This document shows, piece by piece, positions 45,508 through 55,857 of a stretch of 64,000 nucleotides of DNA (its first letter is position 1; each line of letters opens with the position of its first letter). The position numbers and the translations under genes were made by a program. A model generated the notes under the pieces. It did not search any database, had not been told where the DNA came from, and worked only from the letters and a program-made list of their open reading frames with translations. The DNA lies in assembly GCA_963734545.1 (NCBI GenBank), contig CAVTHO010000008.1, positions 416,001-480,000 on the forward strand, given 5' to 3'. The DNA is from an uncultured Spirochaetota bacterium. Lineage in GTDB: Bacteria > Spirochaetota > Spirochaetia > SZUA-6 > Fen-1364.

Positions 45508-47475
45508 ATGAAGATCAGGTCCAAGATCTCACTTCTCACGAGCGCGGTCTTCATGAGCGCCCTTCTCATCTCGACCCTTTCGATCTGGACCATGCAGGTC
45601 ACTTCGCGGCTGAGGGATGCCATCGATGCCGGCGACAGGCTGGTCGCCACGGCGCTCAGGCTTCACGGGCAGATGAAGGACCTCATGTTCGACTTGTTCA
45701 CTCCCCAGACCTACCAGATCCTCAAGGATGTCCTTCACACCCTTCGCTTCCAATCAACGCGCCGGGACTTCCACGCCTCGGTGCAGCAGTTCGAGATTTC
45801 CGTAACCGAATTCATGCAGTCCCCCGAGGTCAAGGGGCTCCTGCGGGACCAGGAGCTGCGCGACACCTACGATACCCTCGGGGTCATGACGGCAAAGGCA
45901 TTCGATCGGATCGCCTCTTTCCAGGCCACCGTGGATCGGCTGTTCGCTTCCGGTGTCACGGAGGGCTCCCAGCTCTACCGGCAGGTCCAGACGGATCCGG
46001 GGGCCGGCGTGCCCCTGTTCTTCGACGAGGTGCGATCGAACTCCGACTACCTCACCAACAGCTTTGAGAGCTTCCTCTCTCATTTCATCCGGTCCCTCCA
46101 GCAGGAGAGCGACCTCATCCGCAGGCAGGTCCTCCTCCTGTTCTGGTCCCTCACGGCCGTCATCGGGGCAGCCACTCTCACCTTCTCCCTCGCGTTCTCC
46201 CGGAGGGTCTCCCAGCACATCTCGAGCGTGGAGGAGGGCGTGCGCGCCGTTGCGCATGGCGACTTCGGCGCCCGGCTCCAGATCCGAACGAGTGACGAGT
46301 TCGGCGCCCTCGCCACGCATTTCAACCTGCTCATGCAGGAGCTGAAAAAAAACGTGGACGTGATCCAGAGCCTCATGCGGGACGTGGGGGAGAGCCTCAC
46401 GGCCCGGCCCGGCTTCCAGCGGATCCTCGAGCTCATCGTGGAGGCGGCGGTCAGGGACTCCCACGCGGACGGGGCCGCGGTGCTCGTGACGGACCCGGTT
46501 CAGGGTCTCGTGGTGGCGAGCGTGTCAGGTGACTTCCCGCTCCCGCTGCAAAGCCCTGTCGAGGACGGAGATGACCGCGCCGGGCAGGGACGGATCCGGC
46601 TGCACGAGATCGTCGAGCAGCACCAGCCCGTCTTCCTCCGGGAGCCGCATCTCCTCGGCCCGGTCCGCGAGGTGCGATCGTTCCTCGCGTTCCCCCTCGC
46701 CACGACGCAGGGCACCGTGGGTACCCTCTGCGTGATCACTCTTCCGCCCCAGCCGCCGCTCACGGACCTGGATTTCACCACCTTCAGCTCGTTCGCCGGC
46801 TACGCGGCCCTCATCATCGACAACTTCTTCAAATACAAAGAGCTGCTGGAAAAGAGGGAGGCCGAATACCGCGCCCTGCAGGCGCAGATCCAGCCCCACT
46901 TCCTCTACAATGTTCTCAACGGGCTCGTGGGGCTCAACCGCATGGGTGACGCACGCACGCTGGAGAGCGCCCTGTTCTCCCTCAAGGACATGCTGCGCTA
47001 CATCCTGGACTCCAGTCGATGGACCACCGTCGGTGAAGAGCTCGCTTTCATCTCCCGATACTGCGAGCTCCAGCGGCTGCGCTTCGCCGACCGACTGGCG
47101 GTCCGCATTCACCACGACGAGGAATCCTCCGCATATCGCATCCCGAAGCTCCTCCTGCAGCCGGTGGTGGAGAACGCCGTGATCCATGGAATCGAGCCGC
47201 TGGACAGACCCGGACTGCTGACGGTGGAGGCGGCCTTTGCGGGAGAGAACGGGCAGCGCGTGCTCTGCATCACCGTGACCGACGACGGCGTCGGGTTTCC
47301 CTCCGGCGGGAAGGAGATCGAAGAGCGCATCGGCCTCCTGAATGTGCGCGAGCGGCTGCGCATCGCGTACCCGGATGCGCGGCTCGCAATGGAGAGCAGC
47401 CCGGGCTCCGGCACGAGGATCTCCATCGAGATTCCGGACGTACGGGGAACACGTGAGAATCCTGATCGCGGATGA
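45508..47475 (+). CDS. YesM/LytS-type sensor histidine kinase with HAMP and GAF-like domains
   Basis: Two TM segments, HAMP (DEFGAL..HFN), LQAQIQPHFLYNVLN, LQPVVENAVIHG, DDGVG. Confidence 0.9.
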   Translation: MKIRSKISLLTSAVFMSALLISTLSIWTMQVTSRLRDAIDAGDRLVATALRLHGQMKDLMFDLFTPQTYQILKDVLHTLRFQSTRRDFHASVQQFEISVTEFMQSPEVKGLLRDQELRDTYDTLGVMTAKAFDRIASFQATVDRLFASGVTEGSQLYRQVQTDPGAGVPLFFDEVRSNSDYLTNSFESFLSHFIRSLQQESDLIRRQVLLLFWSLTAVIGAATLTFSLAFSRRVSQHISSVEEGVRAVAHGDFGARLQIRTSDEFGALATHFNLLMQELKKNVDVIQSLMRDVGESLTARPGFQRILELIVEAAVRDSHADGAAVLVTDPVQGLVVASVSGDFPLPLQSPVEDGDDRAGQGRIRLHEIVEQHQPVFLREPHLLGPVREVRSFLAFPLATTQGTVGTLCVITLPPQPPLTDLDFTTFSSFAGYAALIIDNFFKYKELLEKREAEYRALQAQIQPHFLYNVLNGLVGLNRMGDARTLESALFSLKDMLRYILDSSRWTTVGEELAFISRYCELQRLRFADRLAVRIHHDEESSAYRIPKLLLQPVVENAVIHGIEPLDRPGLLTVEAAFAGENGQRVLCITVTDDGVGFPSGGKEIEERIGLLNVRERLRIAYPDARLAMESSPGSGTRISIEIPDVRGTRENPDRG

Positions 47476-48955
47476 CGAGCGGCTCGTCCGCTTCAGCCTG
47501 AAGAGCATGCTGGAGGAAATCGGGATTTCATCCCGATCTCTCGCCATGGCCTGTGACGGAGAAGAGCTGCTCGAGGAGGTCCGCCGGGCTTCTCCGGATA
47601 TCGCGTTCGTGGACATCAAGATGCCGCGCCTGAACGGCCTGGACGCCATCCAGGAGGCGCGCGCACTCTCCCCCGGTACCCGGTGGGTCGTTCTCACCAG
47701 CCATTCGTCTTTCGACTTCGCCCGAAGGGCGCTCCAGCTCGGGGTCGTCGAGTATCTGCTGAAACCGGTGCGCCCGGCAGAGCTTGCCGCGGTGATCGAC
47801 AAGCTCGCGCGGGAAATCCGCGTGGATCTCCTTCGGCTGAATGACGAGTTCGGCGGCAGGGTGAGCTCGCTTCTCCACGGCACGCTGTCCCTGGAAAGCG
47901 AGACTGTCGAGTTCGTTTCTACCGCCCGGTTCATCGGAGGGCTGCTCGTTTTCGACAGCGCGCTCGACGAGAGCCGTCTCGTGGACGCGCAGCGCGTGTG
48001 CTGCGGCGAAATCCGGGCGCGCATGGCGACCGCGCTGGAGAAGGGCACCCGGATCGCGCTGGTCACTCTTCCGGTAGGCCAGAAGGCGCTTGTCTGCGCG
48101 TGGATGCCGGGTGCCGATGCCGCTCCGTGCGCGGAGTCCCTGCGCGGCTTTCTACGCCGCATGGAATCCCTCCTCGATTCCGCCGCCAGTCCGGAGGTCC
48201 GGGTGACGCAGATCGTGACGGGCGAATGCCCCTCGTTCGATGCGCTTCTTGCCGAGCTTGCCCGGGCAAACGAGCTGGCTCCCTTGCGGATTGCGCACGG
48301 GATCGGGCGGCAGATGGAGAGTGCCGAGCTGGAGGAGCACCGGCAGGGAGGGCGGGAAGCGCTCTGCTCCGGCCTTGCCGGGATGGCGCAGGCATACCGT
48401 ACCCGCAACAGGCTCGAGTTTCTTGCGCTTCTCAACCAGACGGAGCGCGCGCTGGATTCCATGGATCAGGCGGACAGGGACTCGGTGGAAGGCGCCGTCT
48501 CACGGTTTCTTGCCGCCGCTGTCGAGAGCTCCCTCCCGGCCCGTCTGGGGGATGCGTCCTGGCGCGCCTCCATGAGAAGCATCGGAGAATCTCTGCACGC
48601 GGAGGACAAGACGCCGGGAGCGGGCGAGCTGGTCGACAAGGTCGTGGGCTTTGTCCGCGCCAACTACATGCGCGATATCGGCATCGGCCAGATCGCCTCT
48701 CACATCGGCGTGACGCCAAACTACCTCAGCTCCCTCTTTCACCGGGAGAAGGGCGTCACGTTCGTGAGGTTTCTTACCGGTCTTCGGATGGAGAGTGCCC
48801 GAGAGATGCTCGGGGCGCCGGGTGCCCTCGTGCAGGACGTTGCCCGGGCGGTCGGGTACGGCAGCGTCAGGCACTTCAGCAGGCTCTTCCAGAGACAATT
48901 CGGCTTGTACCCTTCCGATGTGCCGCGAGTGGAGAAAAACGCCCCTCAATCGTAG
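47453..48955 (+). CDS. YesN-type response regulator (REC + AraC HTH)
   Basis: ILIADDE, VDIKMPRLNG, YLLKP, PNYLSSLF, VGY....HFSRLF. GTG start inferred. Confidence 0.9.
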   Translation: MRILIADDERLVRFSLKSMLEEIGISSRSLAMACDGEELLEEVRRASPDIAFVDIKMPRLNGLDAIQEARALSPGTRWVVLTSHSSFDFARRALQLGVVEYLLKPVRPAELAAVIDKLAREIRVDLLRLNDEFGGRVSSLLHGTLSLESETVEFVSTARFIGGLLVFDSALDESRLVDAQRVCCGEIRARMATALEKGTRIALVTLPVGQKALVCAWMPGADAAPCAESLRGFLRRMESLLDSAASPEVRVTQIVTGECPSFDALLAELARANELAPLRIAHGIGRQMESAELEEHRQGGREALCSGLAGMAQAYRTRNRLEFLALLNQTERALDSMDQADRDSVEGAVSRFLAAAVESSLPARLGDASWRASMRSIGESLHAEDKTPGAGELVDKVVGFVRANYMRDIGIGQIASHIGVTPNYLSSLFHREKGVTFVRFLTGLRMESAREMLGAPGALVQDVARAVGYGSVRHFSRLFQRQFGLYPSDVPRVEKNAPQS

Positions 48956-49028
48956 GTTTGTGGCATTGTGCGCCGCCACGGACGGGCATAGGCTCGCGGA
49001 GGAGAAAATCTCATAGAAGGAGGTAGGC

Positions 49029-50042
49029 ATGAACCTACGGAGAATCGTCATTATCGGTCTGATCGTCGCCCTGGTTTCGGCCGGAATCGCATTCGCCGGC
49101 GGAACACAGGAACCGGCGAAGGGCAACGTCAAGGTCGCCATGATCGTGAAGAACCTCGGCAACTCGTTCTTCGAGGCCTGTCGCGACGGCGGCCTGGAAG
49201 CGGCGAAGGAGCTGGGCGGCGTGGACCTGATCTACCAGGGTCCGAGCACACCCACCGCGGAGGGACAGATCGAGCTCATAAACTCGCTGATTGCGCAGAA
49301 AGTCAACGCCATGGTCATTTCCGCCAACGACGTCGACGCCCTGGTGCCGATCACCAAGAAGGCGATGGCAGCGGGAATCAAGGTTATCTCCTTCGATTCC
49401 GGCATCGCCCCGGACGGACGGATCCTCCACCTCGCCCCCTCCGGGGACGAGTTCATTGGCAGGAGCCAGGTGAAGATGGTTGCGGACCTCATCGGCAACA
49501 GCGGCGAAATCGCCGTCCTCAGCGCCTCGTCCCAGGCCACGAACCAGAACGCCTGGATCGAGTGGATGAAGAAGGAAATGCCCAACCACCCCAACATGAA
49601 GCTCGTCACGGTGGTCTACGGGGATGACCTGTCCGACAAGAGCTACCGCGAGGCAATGGGGTTGTTCAAATCCTTCCCCAATCTCAAGGGAATCATTGCA
49701 CCCACCACGGTCGGAATCGCCGCGGCAGGGAAGGCGCTGGAAGACGCGGGCCTTGCGGGGAAGATCCAGCTCACCGGCCTCGGGCTTCCCTCCGAGATGA
49801 AGCAGTACATCAAGGACGGGACCTGCCTGAAGATGTCGCTGTGGAACCCGATCGATCTCGGCTACTCGGCCACCTACATCGCCGCGCAGATCGTGCGCGG
49901 GCAGATCAAGGGCACTGCCGGCGAGGCAATGAAGGTGGGAAGGATGGGCACGATCAATGTCGGCGCCGGAATGGTCGCCGTCATGAGCGAGCCGTACGTG
50001 TTCAACAAGGACAACATCGACAAGTTCGCCGCGATCTACTAA
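49029..50042 (+). CDS. Rhamnose-type ABC transporter substrate-binding protein (RhaS-like)
   Basis: KNLGNSFF, TAEGQIE, ISAND, ATNQNAWI, YGDDLSDKSYREA, PTTVGI, LWNPIDLGY. Confidence 0.88.
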   Translation: MNLRRIVIIGLIVALVSAGIAFAGGTQEPAKGNVKVAMIVKNLGNSFFEACRDGGLEAAKELGGVDLIYQGPSTPTAEGQIELINSLIAQKVNAMVISANDVDALVPITKKAMAAGIKVISFDSGIAPDGRILHLAPSGDEFIGRSQVKMVADLIGNSGEIAVLSASSQATNQNAWIEWMKKEMPNHPNMKLVTVVYGDDLSDKSYREAMGLFKSFPNLKGIIAPTTVGIAAAGKALEDAGLAGKIQLTGLGLPSEMKQYIKDGTCLKMSLWNPIDLGYSATYIAAQIVRGQIKGTAGEAMKVGRMGTINVGAGMVAVMSEPYVFNKDNIDKFAAIY

Positions 50043-50098
50043 GATCGCTCCGCGATCTCCTGGGATCGCCGACAGGCGGAGCGTTCAATCTCTGACAA

Positions 50099-50133
50099 GG
50101 GCGGAGCGGGCCTTTCCCTGCTCCGCCCGTTTT
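50099..50133 (+). terminator. GC-rich stem-loop plus T-tract after the binding-protein gene
   Basis: GGGCGGAGC...GCTCCGCCC followed by GTTTT. Confidence 0.6.
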
Positions 50134-50146
50134 GGAAGGAGTCTCC

Positions 50147-51646
50147 GTGCAGGACTGCATCCTGGAGTGCCGCACAATCAGCAAGTACTTCCCCGGCATC
50201 AAGGCCCTCGACGAAGTTGATTTCAAGGTCCGGCCGGGCGAGGTGCATGCCCTCGTGGGAGAGAACGGGGCGGGCAAGTCCACCCTCGTGAAGATCCTCA
50301 CCGGAATCTACCGCCCCGACTCGGGAGAGGTCCTCCTGGAAGGTCGACGCACGGACTTCCGTTCACCGGTGGCCGCGCAGGCGGCGGGGATTGCGGCCAT
50401 CCATCAGGAAGCCACGATGTTCGCCGACCTTTCGGTCACGGAGAACATCTACATGGGCCACCATGCACGGATGAAAGGGATCCCCTTCCTTTCCTGGGGC
50501 ACGATGCGCCGTCGGACCCGCGCCCTGCTGGCCGAGCTGGAGCTCGACATCGATCCGGACGTGCAGGTGCGGAGCCTGAGCGTGGCGCAGCGCCACATGG
50601 TGGAGATCGTCAAGGCGCTTTCCCAGGAGGCGCGAATCGTCATCATGGACGAGCCGACGTCCGCGCTCTCCCTCCACGAGGTGGAGGACCTCTACGCCAT
50701 CATCCGGCGTCTCCGTGATTCGGGAAAGGCAATTGTCTTCATCTCGCACAAGTTCGAGGACATCTACGAGATCGCGGACCGGTTCACCGTTCTGCGGGAC
50801 GGCAGATTCGTGGGAGAGGGCAGCGTCGCGGAGACGAAGGTCGACGAGATCATCCGCATGATGATCGGCAGATCGCTCACCCAGATGTTTCCCAAGGTGG
50901 ACGTGCAGCAGGGGGAGGTGCTCCTTTCGGCCCAGGGACTTTCACGCACGGGGGTCTTCAAGGACGTCTCATTCGAGCTGCACCGGGGAGAGATCCTCGG
51001 GTTCTTCGGCCTGGTGGGCGCCGGCCGTTCCGAGGTGATGCGCGCCGTGTTCGGCATCGAGGCCGCGGATGCCGGCAGGATCCTCGTGGAAGGCCGCGCC
51101 ATGCCGACACTGCATCCCGGGCAGGCCATCGCGAGAGGCATTGCGTACGTGCCCGAGGACAGGCAGGCTCAGGGCACCATCCTGGACATGAATATCCGTG
51201 AGAACACGACCCTGCCCATCGTGGACAGTCTCGCCCGCCGATCCTTCCTCGACAAGCGGCGCGAGACGGCTGTCACGGACGAGTACGGCGGCCGCATGGA
51301 GATCAAGGCCGCCAGTTGGGAGCAGGCGGTGAACAGCCTGTCCGGCGGCAACCAGCAGAAGGTGGTGCTTGCCAAGTGGCTCGCCACGCACCCCCGGATT
51401 CTCATCCTGGACGAGCCCACCAAGGGCATCGACGTGGCCACGAAAGCGAGGGTCCACGAGTTCATCTCCCTGCTCGCCCGGGAGGGTCTCGGCATCATCC
51501 TGGTCTCCTCTGAAATGCCCGAGATTCTCGGCATGTCGGACACCATCGTGGTCATGCATGAAGGGAGGGTGACGGCCCGTTTCCGTCGTGACGAGGCGGA
51601 CCAGGAGAAGCTGATCAAGGCGGCAATGGGGAGGAGCGGCACATGA
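50147..51646 (+). CDS. Sugar ABC transporter ATP-binding protein (RhaT-like, two NBDs)
   Basis: GENGAGKST, MDEPTSAL, GLVGAGRSE, LSGGNQQKV. Confidence 0.93.
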   Translation: MQDCILECRTISKYFPGIKALDEVDFKVRPGEVHALVGENGAGKSTLVKILTGIYRPDSGEVLLEGRRTDFRSPVAAQAAGIAAIHQEATMFADLSVTENIYMGHHARMKGIPFLSWGTMRRRTRALLAELELDIDPDVQVRSLSVAQRHMVEIVKALSQEARIVIMDEPTSALSLHEVEDLYAIIRRLRDSGKAIVFISHKFEDIYEIADRFTVLRDGRFVGEGSVAETKVDEIIRMMIGRSLTQMFPKVDVQQGEVLLSAQGLSRTGVFKDVSFELHRGEILGFFGLVGAGRSEVMRAVFGIEAADAGRILVEGRAMPTLHPGQAIARGIAYVPEDRQAQGTILDMNIRENTTLPIVDSLARRSFLDKRRETAVTDEYGGRMEIKAASWEQAVNSLSGGNQQKVVLAKWLATHPRILILDEPTKGIDVATKARVHEFISLLAREGLGIILVSSEMPEILGMSDTIVVMHEGRVTARFRRDEADQEKLIKAAMGRSGT

Positions 51647-51659
51647 GGAGAGCCCTGCA

Positions 51660-52634
51660 ATGACGAAGCTGCTGAAGCGCCGCGAAATCACCCTTGTCAT
51701 CATCATCGCCGTCATTCTCGCCGCGGTGGGCCTGCGGGCGCCCGGGTTCCTCCGGCTGGGGAACCTGAACGACATTCTCACCGACACCGCCATCCTGGTC
51801 ATCGTGTCCATCGGGCAGATGATGGTGATCATCACGGGCGGGGCAGACCTTTCCGTCGCCTCCGGCATCGCCCTTACCGGCATGAGCGTGGCGATGCTGA
51901 ACTGGCTCGTGCCGGGCATTCCCCTGCCCGTCATCATGGCACTCGCCCTGGTGATCGGCTTCCTCCTGGGCTCGGTCAATGGCCTGCTCGTGTCCGTTAC
52001 CCGCATCCCCCCCATCATTACAACCCTTGCCACGCTCGGGATCTTCCGGGGAATCGTGTTCCTGGAGAGCGGCGGGCAGTGGGTGAGCGCCCACAAGATG
52101 ACCGAGGCTTTCCGCAACCTTCCCCATGACGCGCCGCTGGGCATCTCCAACCTTCTCCTGGCCGCGGTCCTCGTGGTCATCGCCGCCGCGGTATTCATCC
52201 GGCTCACGCGGACCGGCCGCGAGATCTACGGGGCCGGCGGGAACAGGACCGCGGCACGGTACGTGGGTATTCCGCTCGCCCGGATCGATTTTCTCGTCTA
52301 CGCCATCTCCGGGGTGCTCGTCGGGCTCGCCGGGCTCTTGTGGGTGGCGCGGTACGCGTCGGCGCAGAACGACACGGCATCGGGGTTCGAGCTGCAGACC
52401 ATCGCGGCCTGCGTCATCGGAGGAGTAAGCATGCTGGGAGGCTCCGGAACGCTGGTCGGTGTGATCCTCGGCGCCCTGTTCCTCGGGATCGTGAACAATG
52501 CGCTCCCGGTGATCGGCCTTTCGCCCTTCTTCCAGATGGCGATCCAGGGCTTTGTCATTCTCGCGGCCATCATCGCGAACTCGGTGGTGGATCGCAGGAC
52601 CCAGGCCGCTCTCCTGCGCACGAGGCAGCTCTGA
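51660..52634 (+). CDS. Sugar ABC permease (RhaP-like)
   Basis: GGADLSV, IITTLATL, GFELQTIAACVIGGVS. Confidence 0.9.
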   Translation: MTKLLKRREITLVIIIAVILAAVGLRAPGFLRLGNLNDILTDTAILVIVSIGQMMVIITGGADLSVASGIALTGMSVAMLNWLVPGIPLPVIMALALVIGFLLGSVNGLLVSVTRIPPIITTLATLGIFRGIVFLESGGQWVSAHKMTEAFRNLPHDAPLGISNLLLAAVLVVIAAAVFIRLTRTGREIYGAGGNRTAARYVGIPLARIDFLVYAISGVLVGLAGLLWVARYASAQNDTASGFELQTIAACVIGGVSMLGGSGTLVGVILGALFLGIVNNALPVIGLSPFFQMAIQGFVILAAIIANSVVDRRTQAALLRTRQL

Positions 52635-53641
52635 TGGAAAACAGGCACGTTGTTTCACGGGCGCGCCCGTTCGCTTCCCTCCTGGCGCGCTGGGAGTCGA
52701 TCCTCGTCCTTATATTCGTCGCGGTCATCCTCTTCAACAGCATTGCCTCCCCCTACTTCCTCAACCCCACGAACCTCCTCGACACCACCTTCAGCTTCGT
52801 GGAAAAGGCCCTCATCGCGCTGCCCATGACTCTGGGCATCATCATGGGTGACATCGACATCTCCGTGGCAGGGATCCTCGCTCTCAGCTCTCTCGTCATG
52901 GGGGCCTTGTCCTCGGCCGGCGCAGGCACCACCGTGCTCGTGGCAGCGGGCCTGGGCACGGGATTTGTCGCGGGCTTCCTGAACGGCCTGCTCGCAACCA
53001 GATTCAGCATCCCCATGATCGCCGTCACCATTGGAGGGATCTCACTCTACCGCGGCATCGCCTACGCGGCGCTCGGCGACCAGGCGTTCACCAAATACCC
53101 CGCACCGTTCGCCTTTTTCGGCCAGGGCTACATCCCCGGCACCCACATTCCCTTCGAGCTGATCGTCTTCGTTGTCTGTGCCGTTCTCTTCGGCGTGCTC
53201 CTGCATCGGACCACGTTCGGCCGACGGGTGTATGCAATCGGCAATAATCCCGTGGCGGCCCGGTTCTCCGGCGTGCGCGTCCAGCAGATGCGTCTCGTCG
53301 TTTCCTGCCTCACGGGAACCATGTCCGGGCTGGCAGGTATCCTGCTCACTTCGCGGATCGGAAGCACGCGGCCGAACATCGCCAGCGGGTGGGAGATGGA
53401 AGTGATCACCACCGTGGTTCTTGGAGGGGTCGCGATCACCGGCGGCAAGGGGAACATGGTGGGGGTCATCCTCGGCATTTTCCTTCTCGGGTTCCTCAGG
53501 TTCGGCATGGGTCTCATCAATGTGCCGGGGATCGTGCAGAGTATTTTCTCCGGCGTCCTCCTCATCTTCGCCATCCTTCTGCCCGGATTCGTTGCCCGGC
53601 GCCAGGAAGGTGCCCGGCTGCGCAGGACAAGGGAAGCATAG
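52634..53641 (+). CDS. Sugar ABC permease (RhaQ-like)
   Basis: EKALIALPM, DIDISV, SRIGSTRPNIA.GWE.EVIT.VVLGGV. Confidence 0.9.
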   Translation: MENRHVVSRARPFASLLARWESILVLIFVAVILFNSIASPYFLNPTNLLDTTFSFVEKALIALPMTLGIIMGDIDISVAGILALSSLVMGALSSAGAGTTVLVAAGLGTGFVAGFLNGLLATRFSIPMIAVTIGGISLYRGIAYAALGDQAFTKYPAPFAFFGQGYIPGTHIPFELIVFVVCAVLFGVLLHRTTFGRRVYAIGNNPVAARFSGVRVQQMRLVVSCLTGTMSGLAGILLTSRIGSTRPNIASGWEMEVITTVVLGGVAITGGKGNMVGVILGIFLLGFLRFGMGLINVPGIVQSIFSGVLLIFAILLPGFVARRQEGARLRRTREA

Positions 53642-53677
53642 GAGCTGGCAAAGGAGCACACAACGAAAAACCTGAGA

Positions 53678-55831
53678 ATGGCGGCAAAGATCGGGACGGG
53701 GTTCGGCCTGGTCATCGCCATCATGTGCGCCCTCGGAGTTCTCGTCTACCTGAACATGCGGAGCGTTCAGGGAGACGTCCGTCGACTCGACGAGGAGACG
53801 GTCCCCCAGGTGGCTGTTGCAAACTCGATGGCGCGGGCCGGGGAGCTGACGAGCGCCAGCATGCAGGCCTATGCGCTCACGATGCAGCAGAGCTATTTCG
53901 ACCGCGCGAGACAGTACCTCGGAGAGATGGACAAGTCCATCTCCCGCGCAGAGGCGCTCTCGGCGGAATACCCGCGCCTGAACGTGCTTCGAAAGAACCA
54001 GGCTTACGCGCGAGCAAGACGTGAGGAGCTGGACGCGATCCTGGCAGAGACTTCTCTCACCGCAAAGGCAATCCTCGATGCGCGCGGAGCCCAGGACGCG
54101 GCCGACGCTGCTTTGCACGAGGCGACCTCGTCGTATCTCGAGTCCGAGAAGCGCAAGCTTGCGGACGCGGTAAACCGGCGGGCAGGGCCTGCGGAGATCA
54201 ATCGCAGGATTGCTGCCGTCACTACGGTCGGCAGGATCGCCGCCATGGCGGAGGACCTGGCGAAAGCGGTCTACAAGTCAGCGGCGCTCAACGACCCCGC
54301 GATCCTGCAGGCGGGGGTCGATGGCTTCATTTCGTTCGACAAGACCGTGGCTTCGCTCAGCCAGATGGGCGACCAGGAGGACAGGGAGCGCGTTCCGCAG
54401 CTTCAGAAGGCAGGGCTGGATCTTGCGTCCGCCTGCCGTGCTCTTCTTGACGGTCTGAAGAAGATGGCGGAGCTCCGCGGATCCGGCGCAGCGGCGTCCC
54501 AGGCAGTGTTCGACGCCGCTGCGCAGACCTGGGAGGAGGGGGTGAAGGATGCGGGGGCAATCGCCGGTCTCACCGCTTCCCGGCTGGTGACGTCCAATAT
54601 CTTCCTGTTCATCGGCCTCGCCGCATCCATGCTCCTTGCAATCGCCATCGCCCTGAGCATCACCCGCGCAATCACGGGTCCGCTCTCCAAGAGCGTCGCA
54701 TTTGCCCGGACCGTGGCAAGCGGCAATTTCACCATGCAGCTGGACATTTCACAGAGAGACGAGATAGGAACACTGGCAAAGGCTCTGGAGGGCATGAGTC
54801 TCAAGCTGAAGACCGCAATTGCTACTGTGCAGAAGAATGCCGCCGCGGTGGCGGAATCCAGCGACCAGATATTCACCAACGCGCAGAAGCTGTCGGAAGG
54901 TGCGCAGAGCCAGGCATCGACGCTGGAAGAAACGAGCGCCTCGGTCGAAGAGCTCGCCGCGTCGGTGGACCAGGTGGCGGACCACGCGCGGGGCCAGGCG
55001 GAGGCGGTGGAACGCGGCTCCTCCGCGATGGCGCAGGTGCATGAGTCGATAGCGGTCGTCTCGAAGAACCTTTCCGAGATCTCGACGCTCGCCAGCCACT
55101 CGGTGGAAAATGCCCTGGAAGGGGCGCGCGCGGTCTCCGACGTGGTGGACGGGATCAACCTCATTGCCGGCAGCTCGGAGAAGATCAGCGGGATCGTGGA
55201 CGTGATCAGCGACATCGCGGATCAGACCAACCTGCTTGCCCTGAATGCCTCCATCGAGGCGGCGCGCGCCGGTGAGCATGGACGGGGTTTCGCCGTCGTG
55301 GCGGAGGAGGTCAGCAAGCTGGCGGACCGCAGCTCCTCGTCGACCAAGGAGATCTCGAGCCTCATCCGGGAAAGCGTGAAGGACGTGGCGAAGGGGGTGG
55401 AAAAGGCCAAGGGCTCGCAGCTCGCCATGGAGCAGATCCGGGCCGCGTCGCAGCAGGTCCAGGAGATGATCGTGAGCCTCTCGAAGTCCATGTCGATACA
55501 GATAGGGGCGGCGCAGGAGATGGCAGGCTCCCTGACCAGCGTGAAGGAGATGAGCCAGAGCATCACGGCGGCCACGGATGAACAGACCACCAATGCGCGG
55601 CAGGTCTCCCGCGCGGTGGAGAACGTGAATGAGCTGACCCAGAGCGCGGCATCGGCCGCGGAAGAAATGTCACGCGCAACGGAAATGCTCGCCGGCATGG
55701 CACAGGAGCTTCAGAAGCTCACCGAGCAGTTCAAGATAGACGCAGGTGAAGGCGAAACAGAGGAGATCCCTGTTCTGGAAGAGGTGGTCACGCCGCCCGC
55801 CCTGCCGCGGCAGGGCGTCCCGGCACCGTAA
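53678..55831 (+). CDS. Methyl-accepting chemotaxis protein
   Basis: Two TM segments, [37 protein letters not shown]. Confidence 0.95.
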   Translation: MAAKIGTGFGLVIAIMCALGVLVYLNMRSVQGDVRRLDEETVPQVAVANSMARAGELTSASMQAYALTMQQSYFDRARQYLGEMDKSISRAEALSAEYPRLNVLRKNQAYARARREELDAILAETSLTAKAILDARGAQDAADAALHEATSSYLESEKRKLADAVNRRAGPAEINRRIAAVTTVGRIAAMAEDLAKAVYKSAALNDPAILQAGVDGFISFDKTVASLSQMGDQEDRERVPQLQKAGLDLASACRALLDGLKKMAELRGSGAAASQAVFDAAAQTWEEGVKDAGAIAGLTASRLVTSNIFLFIGLAASMLLAIAIALSITRAITGPLSKSVAFARTVASGNFTMQLDISQRDEIGTLAKALEGMSLKLKTAIATVQKNAAAVAESSDQIFTNAQKLSEGAQSQASTLEETSASVEELAASVDQVADHARGQAEAVERGSSAMAQVHESIAVVSKNLSEISTLASHSVENALEGARAVSDVVDGINLIAGSSEKISGIVDVISDIADQTNLLALNASIEAARAGEHGRGFAVVAEEVSKLADRSSSSTKEISSLIRESVKDVAKGVEKAKGSQLAMEQIRAASQQVQEMIVSLSKSMSIQIGAAQEMAGSLTSVKEMSQSITAATDEQTTNARQVSRAVENVNELTQSAASAAEEMSRATEMLAGMAQELQKLTEQFKIDAGEGETEEIPVLEEVVTPPALPRQGVPAP

Positions 55832-55857
55832 TCACGGGCTGCACGGGCCCGGCCGGC

